Shown: positions 36,788 to 46,676 of the stretch, one piece after another
Layout: every line of letters starts with the position of its first letter
How positions within the stretch are numbered: the first letter of the stretch is position 1
From: an uncultured Magnetovibrio sp.
GTDB lineage: Bacteria; Pseudomonadota; Alphaproteobacteria; Rhodospirillales; Casp-alpha2
Reading direction: 5' to 3'
DNA: 55,055 nt
Assembly (NCBI GenBank): GCA_964595005.1
Contig: CAZQPC010000001.1
Span: forward strand, 1 to 55,055
Made by a program: the position numbers and the translations under genes
Notes under the pieces: generated by a model
What the model saw: the letters and a program-made list of their open reading frames with translations, nothing else
Told to the model about the DNA's origin: nothing
Databases searched by the model: none

Positions 36788-37576
36788 TCATCGACTGGCC
36801 AGTTTTTGCGCCAATTCATCGGCGGCGTTTTTCAGCGGCGCCATAAAATTCCGGGCCCCATCTTGCGTTGAAATGGTGCCGGCGATCCAATTGATATTGA
36901 TACACGCGGCGACCTGGTTGCTGACCATCACCGGCACCGCGATGGCGTTCATGTCAAAATTCAGATCGACGGGGTTAACCCAATATCCCGGCTCGCGGAC
37001 CCCGTAACCCTGATCCCGGGTTTCGGTCAACAACCGATCTATCCAGTTGCGGTTTTCGGCGGCCCGATCATCCTTATGAGGCGAGCGGCGCAGCATGGCG
37101 AGAATTTCTTCACGTTCCAGATCCGGACAGGACGCCAGATAAACGCGACCCAGCGCCGACCACAGCATGCGCGGGCGAATGCGCATGACCTCGCGGTTAA
37201 CCAGGAACGGTGATTTCAGGCGCGACGTCTCCATGATCTCCATGGTGCTGCCGTTAAAAAAGGCGATGTCCGATGGCCAGGCAATCTTTGAGCACAGATC
37301 TTCCAACAACGGCGTCGCCAATTCGGCGATCTCATGCTCCCGTCGAAGTTGGCTGCCGACGGCCCGGACGTTCGACCCCAACCGGTAAATGCCGTCGCCG
37401 ATGGAGCAATGGACCCAGGATTGCTGTTCCAAGGTCTTCAGGATGCGCAACAGAGTGGATTTCGAAAGGCCGGTCATCAAATGCAGCTCGTGCAGGGTCG
37501 CGCCGGAGCTTTCATCCAGCCGGCGCAGCACCGTCAGACCGCGCTCCAGAGCGCGAATGGTTTTGACGTTGGCCAT
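36788..37576 (-). CDS. IclR-family transcriptional regulator
   Basis: ALERGLTVLRRLDESSGATLHELHLMTGLSKSTLLRILKTLE winged HTH plus an IclR effector domain. ATG at 37576; the track start at 37609 is GTG. Confidence 0.87.
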   Translation of the reverse strand: MANVKTIRALERGLTVLRRLDESSGATLHELHLMTGLSKSTLLRILKTLEQQSWVHCSIGDGIYRLGSNVRAVGSQLRREHEIAELATPLLEDLCSKIAWPSDIAFFNGSTMEIMETSRLKSPFLVNREVMRIRPRMLWSALGRVYLASCPDLEREEILAMLRRSPHKDDRAAENRNWIDRLLTETRDQGYGVREPGYWVNPVDLNFDMNAIAVPVMVSNQVAACININWIAGTISTQDGARNFMAPLKNAADELAQKLASR

Positions 37577-37734
37577 GAGCGCGATAATACCATCCTCTCC
37601 AAGTTTCACCTAGTGACATGCGGATCTTTCCCCGGACGCAGGTCTCGCCCATGATGCGGCGTAGTGAAGAAGACCGGCAAACGGTTCGGGGAGAGGACTT
37701 GGCAGGCATCGGAAGGTGCCCGGGAGTGTTGCAT

Positions 37735-39633
37735 ATGGTCGCCATCCTGGAAACGACACGGGTTCGCCTGGCTTGGCTGCTGGGGTTTGTGTTGTCGGCG
37801 CTGGCCATTTACACGGCGGGTTTCGGCGCCTTCGAAGATTTATACCAACGCAGCGTCGGGGTCGGCATTTCCGCCGTCATTCTGCTTTTGGCAAGCCCGC
37901 TGAAGGCCCGCGAAAACGCGTCGGCCGCCAAGAAATCACTATTACCCATAGTCGATATTGTGTTGATTTCCGCGATGGTTATCGCCACAGCCTGGTTTTT
38001 CCGTGTTCACGATGAGTTGGAAACGGGCCTATATGATTTGACACAGGAAGACATCATTGTCGGCGCCGCCGGCTTGATTGTTCTCCTGGAACTGGCGCGC
38101 CGCTCCATGGGGATGCCGTTGCTGATCCTGGGCGTGATGTCCCTGATCTACTGCCTGTTCGGAAAATCATTGCCGTCCATTTTCACCCACGCCGGCTATG
38201 GCCTGGAAGAGACACTGCGGACCATGTGGTACAGCTTCGACGGCGTTTTCGGGCTGCCGGTCTCGGTTGTCGCCAACATGATCGCCGTGTTCGTCGTCTT
38301 TGGCGTGGTTCTGGAAGGCACCGGCGCAGGCGCCCTGCTGTTGAAGATCGCCTTCAGCCTGACCGGGCAGCTGCGCGGCGGGCCGGCTCATGCGGCGGTA
38401 GTGGCCAGCGGCCTGTTCGGCACCATTTCGGGCAGCACCGTCGGCAACGTCGTCGGCACCGGTGTCTTCACCATGCCGATGATTTCGAAGCGCGGATTTC
38501 CGAATTCCTTTGCCGGCGCCGTGGAAGCCGCGGCGTCGACGGGCGGACAGTTCATGCCGCCGGTCATGGGGGCTGTCGCCTTCATCATGGCTGATTTGAC
38601 CGGTGTTCCCTACCTGACCATCTGCGCGGCGGCACTGGTGCCGTCCTTGTTTTATTACGGCAGCCTGTTCTGTGCCGTTTCCGTCGAGGCCGTTCGCCGC
38701 GGCATTCAACCGATTCCGCCGGAGGAGCGCGAGACGGTCAGCCGCGCCGAATGGATACAGTCGCTCACCTTCTTCCTGCCGATCGCCGTCATCCTGGGTG
38801 TTTTGATCATGGGCCGCTCGCCGGCGGTCGCCGGCTTCTGGGCGACGGTCACCGGTGTGGTCACGGGGTTCATCCTTAATGAAGAGTTGCGCAAGAACCC
38901 CGCCATACTGATCGAAACGCTGGCCAAGGCGGGTAAGACGGTGGCTGTGATCATGGTCGCGGTTGGCGCCATCGGCATCATTATCGGCACCATGAACCTG
39001 ACCGGCCTGGGGCTTCGGTTTTCCGCCCTGGTGCTGTCGTTTTCGGGCGACAACCTGTTCATCGCGCTGGTCCTGTTGATGTTGGGCAGTCTGGTTCTCG
39101 GCATGGGTCTGCCGACGGTGCCGGCCTATCTGATCATCGTCTTGGTGATGGGGCCGGCAATCGCCAAGCTGGGCGTCAACGTGCTGTTGGTGCACTTGTT
39201 CGTCATGTACTACGGCGTGCTGTCGTCGATCACCCCGCCGGTCGCCCTGGCCGCCTACGCCGCCGCGCCTATATGCGGCGCCAATCCCATGAATGTCGCG
39301 GCAACGTCCGTTCGCATCGCACTGATCGGCTTCATCATACCGTTCGTGGTCATTTACAACCCGTCGCTGGTGCTGGTCCGTGAGTTCAATATGGTCGATT
39401 TCCTGTGGATCGTCGCCCGGCTGAGCGCTGCAATCTGGCTGTTCACGACGGCGCTTTCCGGCTTCGACAAAAGCCGCCTGCCGGTGTGGGACCGGGGCCT
39501 TCGCCTTGGTGCCGGCATCGCCGCACTGATCCCCATGCTGAGCACGGAAATTGCCGGGTTCGGGGTCGGATTGGCACTCATTCTTTTCCACCGCTTTGCC
39601 GCCCGTGGCGGCACGGCGGCCTCGCAGACGTGA
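37735..39633 (+). CDS. TAXI-type TRAP transporter fused permease
   Basis: About 630-aa polytopic protein directly upstream of a TAXI binding protein. ATG at 37735. Confidence 0.87.
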   Translation: MVAILETTRVRLAWLLGFVLSALAIYTAGFGAFEDLYQRSVGVGISAVILLLASPLKARENASAAKKSLLPIVDIVLISAMVIATAWFFRVHDELETGLYDLTQEDIIVGAAGLIVLLELARRSMGMPLLILGVMSLIYCLFGKSLPSIFTHAGYGLEETLRTMWYSFDGVFGLPVSVVANMIAVFVVFGVVLEGTGAGALLLKIAFSLTGQLRGGPAHAAVVASGLFGTISGSTVGNVVGTGVFTMPMISKRGFPNSFAGAVEAAASTGGQFMPPVMGAVAFIMADLTGVPYLTICAAALVPSLFYYGSLFCAVSVEAVRRGIQPIPPEERETVSRAEWIQSLTFFLPIAVILGVLIMGRSPAVAGFWATVTGVVTGFILNEELRKNPAILIETLAKAGKTVAVIMVAVGAIGIIIGTMNLTGLGLRFSALVLSFSGDNLFIALVLLMLGSLVLGMGLPTVPAYLIIVLVMGPAIAKLGVNVLLVHLFVMYYGVLSSITPPVALAAYAAAPICGANPMNVAATSVRIALIGFIIPFVVIYNPSLVLVREFNMVDFLWIVARLSAAIWLFTTALSGFDKSRLPVWDRGLRLGAGIAALIPMLSTEIAGFGVGLALILFHRFAARGGTAASQT

Positions 39634-39656
39634 ATTCTTAACAAGGAGGTATACCC

Positions 39657-40679
39657 ATGAAACGCACGTTGAAAACCCTCGCCGGCGGCCTTGCGGTCCT
39701 CGGCATGGCCGGGCTGGCGACGCAAGCCCAGGCCAAAGATTTCTATAAAATGTCGACGCTAGGTCCCGGCTCCACCCCCTATGTGGTGATGTCGACCTTC
39801 GCCAAAATCGTCAATACCAACGTCAAGGACACGGAAATCCAGGTCAATGCCACCGGTGTCGCCACCCGCCATGCCCTGGATGCGGCGCGTGGCAAAATCG
39901 ACTTCTTCATGTCGGCGGAATCACTGAACCACTTCATGAAGAACGGTCTGGCCATGTACAAGAAGGTGAAGGATGCGCCGAAGCTGTTTGCCAACCTGCG
40001 CTCCATCGTCAACTTCCCCATCGGCTCCTACCACATCATGGCCTTCGCCGATTCCGGCATCAATTCGATGAAGGACATCAAGGGCAAGAAGGTGTTCGTC
40101 GGCCCGCCGGCCGGTGCGGCCAAGGTCATCGCCACGGCCATGGTCGAGGCCATGTCGGGCCTCAAGAGCGGCAAGGACTTCACCGCGGTGAAGCTTGGCT
40201 GGAGCGCCGCCGCGCAGGCTTTCCAGGATCGCCAATTGGACGTCTACATCAATCCCACCAACGCACCCAGCCCGGTCATCAGCCAGATTGCGCTGACCAA
40301 CAAAGTGCGGTTCTTCGGTCTTTCCGAGGCCAACTTCAAGGTGCCCGCCATCGCCAAGCAGATGAAATTGCCGGGCCGCTCGCGCGAGCAGATCGATCCG
40401 AAGGTTTACGGCAAGAATGCCGTCAATACGAAACCAGTGACGTCGATCGCGTCTTGGGTGGGGATCGGTTCGCACAAGGGCGTCAATGCCGACGCAGTCT
40501 ATAAGATGACCAAGGCGTTCTGGTCGAACCTGGATGAAGTCCATGCCGTCGCGCCCTGGCTGAAGATCATCCAGATGAAAAGCGCGTTTAACCATATGAC
40601 CGCGCCCCTGCATCCGGGTGCGGCCAAATACTACAAGGAAGCCGGCGCGGAAATTCCGGCCCATTTGATGGCCAAGTAA
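39657..40679 (+). CDS. TAXI-family TRAP transporter solute-binding subunit
   Basis: Signal peptide MKRTLKTLAGGLAVLGMAGLATQAQA. C-terminal HPGAAKYYKE motif typical of TAXI proteins. AGGAGG RBS. Confidence 0.9.
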   Translation: MKRTLKTLAGGLAVLGMAGLATQAQAKDFYKMSTLGPGSTPYVVMSTFAKIVNTNVKDTEIQVNATGVATRHALDAARGKIDFFMSAESLNHFMKNGLAMYKKVKDAPKLFANLRSIVNFPIGSYHIMAFADSGINSMKDIKGKKVFVGPPAGAAKVIATAMVEAMSGLKSGKDFTAVKLGWSAAAQAFQDRQLDVYINPTNAPSPVISQIALTNKVRFFGLSEANFKVPAIAKQMKLPGRSREQIDPKVYGKNAVNTKPVTSIASWVGIGSHKGVNADAVYKMTKAFWSNLDEVHAVAPWLKIIQMKSAFNHMTAPLHPGAAKYYKEAGAEIPAHLMAK

Positions 40680-40691
40680 AATCCCAAGGTT

Positions 40692-40714
40692 GGCCGCGCC
40701 CGGTTGGCGCGGCC
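40692..40714 (+). other. GC-rich intercistronic stem-loop (9-bp stem GGCCGCGCC / GGCGCGGCC, loop CGGTT)
   Basis: Read directly, between the binding-protein gene and the sulfatase gene. No U-tract, so more likely an mRNA-stability or attenuating element than a full terminator. Confidence 0.4.
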
Positions 40715-40744
40715 ATCCGCAACCCGAACAAAGAGGCTTCCCCC

Positions 40745-42319
40745 ATGGGCAAGGTCCGGAACATTCTGTTCATCATGTGCGACCAGTTGCGGGCCGACTA
40801 TCTGGGCTGCACCGGTCATCCGTCGATTCAGACACCGAATATCGATGCCCTGGCGGCGCGCGGCGTCAATTTCAGCCGCGCCTACTGCCAAGCGCCGGTC
40901 TGCGGGCCGTCGCGCATGTCCTTCTATACGGGACGTTACATGCAATCGCATGGCTCAACCTACAACAACGTGCCGCTCAGGATCGGTGAGCGGACGCTCG
41001 GCGACTACATGCGAACCATGGGCCTGCGCACCGGTTTGATCGGGAAAACCCACATGGCGGCTGACCGCGAAGGGATGCAGCGCCTCGGCGTCGATCCGTC
41101 GTCCTTCGAGGGCGTGCTGGCCAGCCAGTGCGGGTTCGAACCCTGGGAACGCGATGACGGCCTGCACCCGGACCAGATCGCAGATCCCAATCTTGCCTAC
41201 AATAATTACCTGCGGGCCCACGGGTATGAGGGTGAGAACCCGTGGCATACGGTGGCGAATGCCGCCGAAGGCCCGGACGGCGAGATTCTCAGCGGCTGGC
41301 AGATGCGTTACGCCAACCTGCCGGCACGTGTCGATAAGGCGCATTCGGAAACCGCCTATATGACCGAGCGCGCCATGCAGACGATCACCGACATGGGTGA
41401 TGAGGCGTGGTGCATGCACCTCAGTTACATCAAGCCGCACTGGCCCTACGTGGCGCCGGCACCCTATCACAACATGTACGGCGACAACGATATCTTGCCG
41501 GCCAATCGTGACGAGTCGGAGAGGATCGCGCCGCATCCGGTCATCGATGCCTTCATGGGCCACGAGGAAAGCGTCAATTTCTCGCGCGAGGAAGTGCGCC
41601 GCCGCGTCATCCCGGCCTATATGGGTTTGATTTCCGAAATCGACGATCATATGGGCCGGCTGATCGCCTTTCTTGACGACAACGGCCGCATGGACGACAC
41701 GCTGATCGTGTTCACCGCCGATCACGGTGATTATCTGGGTGATCATTGGTTGGGCGAAAAGGAGATGTTTCACGACGAATCCTTACGCATTCCAATGATT
41801 GTTTACGACCCCGATCATGCCGCCGATGCATCGCGGGGAACGACCGACGACCGGTTCGTCGAAGCCATCGATTTGATTCCCAGTTTCGTCGACGCCCTGG
41901 GCGGCCCGTCCGCTGACCACGTTTTGGAAGGCCGATCGTTGGTGCCGGTGCTGCGCGGTCGGGCCAACGGCGAATGGCGCGACGCCGTGTTCAGCGAGGC
42001 CGATTACGCCTTTCGCGGTGCCCGCCATACCTTGAACCGGGCGCCTGACGCGGCCCGGGCCTTCATGGTCCGCACGGAACAATGGAAATATGTCAGTTAC
42101 GACGGATACCACCCGCAGCTTTTCGATTGCCTCAATGACCCCAAGGAATTGCAGGACCTGGGCACATCGGACGCCCATGCCGACGTTTGCGCGACGCTTG
42201 AGGCGCGGCTCATGCTTTGGTTGCGGCAACGGCGCAATCGCACGACAATTCCCTTCGACGCCGTGGAGAGACAAACGGACACGGCCAAGGACCGGGGATA
42301 CTTATTCGGTGTGTGGTGA
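40745..42319 (+). CDS. Cys-type sulfatase / alkaline-phosphatase-superfamily hydrolase, no signal peptide
   Basis: ILFIMCDQLRAD metal-site motif. CGPSRMSFYTGRY is the C-x-P-x-R formylglycine motif. The N-terminus MGKVRN has no hydrophobic leader. Confidence 0.83.
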   Translation: MGKVRNILFIMCDQLRADYLGCTGHPSIQTPNIDALAARGVNFSRAYCQAPVCGPSRMSFYTGRYMQSHGSTYNNVPLRIGERTLGDYMRTMGLRTGLIGKTHMAADREGMQRLGVDPSSFEGVLASQCGFEPWERDDGLHPDQIADPNLAYNNYLRAHGYEGENPWHTVANAAEGPDGEILSGWQMRYANLPARVDKAHSETAYMTERAMQTITDMGDEAWCMHLSYIKPHWPYVAPAPYHNMYGDNDILPANRDESERIAPHPVIDAFMGHEESVNFSREEVRRRVIPAYMGLISEIDDHMGRLIAFLDDNGRMDDTLIVFTADHGDYLGDHWLGEKEMFHDESLRIPMIVYDPDHAADASRGTTDDRFVEAIDLIPSFVDALGGPSADHVLEGRSLVPVLRGRANGEWRDAVFSEADYAFRGARHTLNRAPDAARAFMVRTEQWKYVSYDGYHPQLFDCLNDPKELQDLGTSDAHADVCATLEARLMLWLRQRRNRTTIPFDAVERQTDTAKDRGYLFGVW

Positions 42320-42348
42320 GATCGCACCGCCGCCAAGGAGAAGATGAC

Positions 42349-43296
42349 ATGAAAGTATGCGTAGCGGGCGCCGCCGGCGCCTTTGGTATGAAGCACCTGG
42401 AAGGCCTGGGCGCCATCGACGGGGTCACGGTCTCCTCCGTGGTCGGCGGTGAGCCCGATGACATAGAGGGTTTCGCCAAGGAACGCGGCATCGGCCATTG
42501 GACCAAGGACCTGGATGAAAGCCTGGCCCGTGACGATGTCGACGCGGTGATCCTGGCGACGCCGACGCCCGTTCATGCCGCGCAGGCCATCGCTTGCATG
42601 AAAGCGGGCAAGCATGTGTTGGTTGAGATTCCCATGGCCGACAATCTGGCTAATTCGGAAGCCGTGGTGCGCGCCCAGGAAGAGAGCGGTCTGGTCGCCA
42701 TGGCCGGCCACGTGCGCCGCTTCAATCCGAGCCACCAATGGATTCACAATAAGGTCCAAGCGGGTGAGTTGAACATCCAGCAGATGGACGTTCAGACCTA
42801 CTTTTTCCGGCGTAAAAACATCAATGCGAAAGGTGAGCCCCGGACCTGGACCGATCATCTGTTGTGGCATCACGCCTGTCACACGATCGATCTGTTTCAG
42901 TACCAAACAGGCGGCGCGGCCACGGACGCTTTCGGCCTGCAAGGGCCCATGCATCCGGAATTGGGCATCGCCATGGACATGAGCATCGGCATGAAGGCGC
43001 CGTCCGGCGCCATTTGCACCTTGTCCTTGTCCTTCAACAATGATGGCCCCTTCGGTGCTTACTTCCGCTACATCTGCGACAATGGCACCTTTGTGGCGCG
43101 TTACGATGATCTCTACGACGGCGAGGACAATCCCGTCGATTTGAGCGGTGTCGCGGTTTCCAGCAACGGTATTGAGTTGATCGACCGGGAGTTCCTGGGC
43201 GCCATCAAGGACGGCCGTGAACCGAACGGCAGCGTCGCCCAGTGCCTGCCGGCGATGCAGACCATGGACAGGATTGAGAAGTCCTTTAACGCCTGA
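42349..43296 (+). CDS. Gfo/Idh/MocA-family oxidoreductase
   Basis: ATG at 42349 with AAGGAG RBS. MKVCVAGAAGAFGMKH Rossmann motif and EIPMA (EKP-like) motif. Confidence 0.82.
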   Translation: MKVCVAGAAGAFGMKHLEGLGAIDGVTVSSVVGGEPDDIEGFAKERGIGHWTKDLDESLARDDVDAVILATPTPVHAAQAIACMKAGKHVLVEIPMADNLANSEAVVRAQEESGLVAMAGHVRRFNPSHQWIHNKVQAGELNIQQMDVQTYFFRRKNINAKGEPRTWTDHLLWHHACHTIDLFQYQTGGAATDAFGLQGPMHPELGIAMDMSIGMKAPSGAICTLSLSFNNDGPFGAYFRYICDNGTFVARYDDLYDGEDNPVDLSGVAVSSNGIELIDREFLGAIKDGREPNGSVAQCLPAMQTMDRIEKSFNA

Positions 43297-44520
<1,224 letters not shown>

Positions 44521-44591
44521 GTTTATCCGATAGCGCAATAAATTCGCCGACGGGTGTCATTGCGGCGGCGAAACGCCTAAAGTCTCTCATC

Positions 44592-45185
44592 ATGTCGGAA
44601 CGCCCTCACCAAAGTGCCGTTACCATGTCCGGTTCCGGGCTGGTCCGGGTTTTGTACGCGGCCGCCTTGCTGGGCGCCGCGGTCGGCTCCATCGCGTATG
44701 GATACGCCACCGGAACGGCGTGGTATTGGGCGGGGATTGCGATCTTTGCCTACATCGCCTATTCGCTGCTGGCCAAAAGCCGCCTGCCGTGGTCGGCCAG
44801 TCCGCAGATCGAGATTGACGGCGAAATGATCCCCTTGGCCGACGCGCGGCGCGGCGCCATGAACTTCATCCTGCCGGCCGTCCTCCAATCGCTGGAAAAT
44901 ACCGGCTTACTGGTGCGCCGCGACGGGGCCGAAATGTTCGTCAGCCACATCGGCCACGACATGGAAAACGGCCAGAATACAAATGTCTTGGAAAAGGCAG
45001 ACATCCGCTGCGCCGATTGCGGCATTAAAATTTCCAATGGCTGGCTGATGGCGATGTTCGTGCGTCAGCGGGACTCATCCATGATGCCCATATTCGGCGA
45101 TCTTCCCGGCACCGTGCCGACCGACGACGGCACCTGTCCGCGCTGCCAATCCGATACCTTTGCCATCATCCACAAAGTCCGGTGA
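44592..45185 (+). CDS. hypothetical membrane protein with C-terminal CxxC...CxxC zinc-ribbon
   Basis: Two hydrophobic helices (VRVLYAAALLGAAVGSIAYGY, WYWAGIAIFAYIAYSLL) followed by CADCG...CPRCQ. No family recognised. Confidence 0.55.
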   Translation: MSERPHQSAVTMSGSGLVRVLYAAALLGAAVGSIAYGYATGTAWYWAGIAIFAYIAYSLLAKSRLPWSASPQIEIDGEMIPLADARRGAMNFILPAVLQSLENTGLLVRRDGAEMFVSHIGHDMENGQNTNVLEKADIRCADCGIKISNGWLMAMFVRQRDSSMMPIFGDLPGTVPTDDGTCPRCQSDTFAIIHKVR

Positions 45186-45190
45186 GCATT

Positions 45191-46672
45191 TTATTCCAGT
45201 AACGCCAAGGCCTGTTGGCAGCGGTTGAGACAGGGCTGAAGCAAGCCTTCGCGGCGCCGCCCCGCGGCGCCGTCCAAGCTGTAGGCCAAGGCTTTTTCAA
45301 GTCCCTTGACGGCTTGCTTGAGTTGTTGGGCCGCGGCCCGCACATCCTCTGCCCGCAGCAATTGAATGGCGGCCAGCATTTTGCCAATCGCTTCCTCCAG
45401 CTCCGTCCCGACGGTGGGGTCGGAAATGGAATAGGCGGCGCTTTCCGCCAGGTCCGGGCTGGTCAAGGCGGCCAGGGTACAGACATATTCACCTGAAGGG
45501 CCTTCCGGGGGCTCGGCGTTCAAAAACGCCCGCCAGGGGCCATCAACCAATTCTTCCGTTTCATCCAGGTTTGGCGTGCCATAACGGTCAACACGGCTGA
45601 GCAATCGCAACGCCGGGGTTTCCTGAGCGGCCGGAAAGGCGGCCTCGAATGTTTTCAGCAGTCCTGAGAACCGGCCATCTTCGCGCTGCAACGCCTGCCA
45701 AAGATCCTTGACCAGACCGTCACGGCGGTGGCCACGAATGGTCGACCCCGTGCTTGGCCCCGTGTACGACCCTGGGCCGGCCCCCGTTTCCCGGCCTTCG
45801 AAGACGGCACGCAAAGCGGCAACGTTCTCTGGCCGGTCGTCGGGGTGTTGCATCAAACACCAGCTGACGGCATCACGAATATCAGGATCGACGCCGGTGA
45901 TGGGCCGCAGTTCCTCGCCGTCCGCCAAAGCCGGCGCCGGTGTCGGCGGGGTCCCCATGACGAAGTGATAGATCGTCGCCCCGAGCGCGTAAAAATCCGT
46001 CCACGGACCTTGCGCACCGATGTCCGGGTCGTACTGTTCTTGGGGACTGTAGCCGTCAGTGACGATGGATGTAAGCGCCTGGCGCTTTTGAGTAAGAGCA
46101 AATCGGGCGGCGCCGAAGTCAATTAAAATCGGCCGGCCGTTGTTGGTGACGAAGATATTGCCGGGCTTGATGTCGCGATGCAGTAGATCACGGCCATGGG
46201 CTGCTTCAAGGCCATCAAGAATGCCACCCAACAGATCGCGCAAGTCGTCCGCCGCACCGGGGCCGCTTTGATCACGCATTCTGTCTTCCAGTGTCTCGCC
46301 GTCCAGATACGGCATGACCATATAGGCCGTGCCCAGCGCTTCGAAGGTGTCGAGCACGCATACCACATTGGGATGACCATTGGGCGCCCCGGCGGAATCG
46401 CGGAAGCTCATCAAAATCTTTGCCTCAAATTGAAAACGGTCATAGCCGTAGTTGAACAGCTCCACCGATGTCGCGCCGCGGATGGAAATCTCCATGTCGC
46501 CGTCGCGCCGCGCCAACCCGTCGGGCAGGTATTCCTTGATCGCAACCGGCGCCTGCAAGTTCTCATCATCAGCGAGATAGGTGATCCCGAAGCCGCCTTG
46601 CCCAAGCACGGAAACAATCCGGTAGTGGTCCAAAACGTGGCCGGCGGGCAATCGATTTCCGCTGTCCGTCAT
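45191..46672 (-). CDS. Hanks-type Ser/Thr protein kinase with unassigned about 190-aa C-terminal region
   Basis: GQGGFG, VAIKEY, HRDIKPGN and DFG motifs. ATG at 46672 lies 4 nt after the upstream stop; the track start at 46705 is TTG. Confidence 0.87.
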   Translation of the reverse strand: MTDSGNRLPAGHVLDHYRIVSVLGQGGFGITYLADDENLQAPVAIKEYLPDGLARRDGDMEISIRGATSVELFNYGYDRFQFEAKILMSFRDSAGAPNGHPNVVCVLDTFEALGTAYMVMPYLDGETLEDRMRDQSGPGAADDLRDLLGGILDGLEAAHGRDLLHRDIKPGNIFVTNNGRPILIDFGAARFALTQKRQALTSIVTDGYSPQEQYDPDIGAQGPWTDFYALGATIYHFVMGTPPTPAPALADGEELRPITGVDPDIRDAVSWCLMQHPDDRPENVAALRAVFEGRETGAGPGSYTGPSTGSTIRGHRRDGLVKDLWQALQREDGRFSGLLKTFEAAFPAAQETPALRLLSRVDRYGTPNLDETEELVDGPWRAFLNAEPPEGPSGEYVCTLAALTSPDLAESAAYSISDPTVGTELEEAIGKMLAAIQLLRAEDVRAAAQQLKQAVKGLEKALAYSLDGAAGRRREGLLQPCLNRCQQALALLE

Positions 46673-46676
46673 GGGC

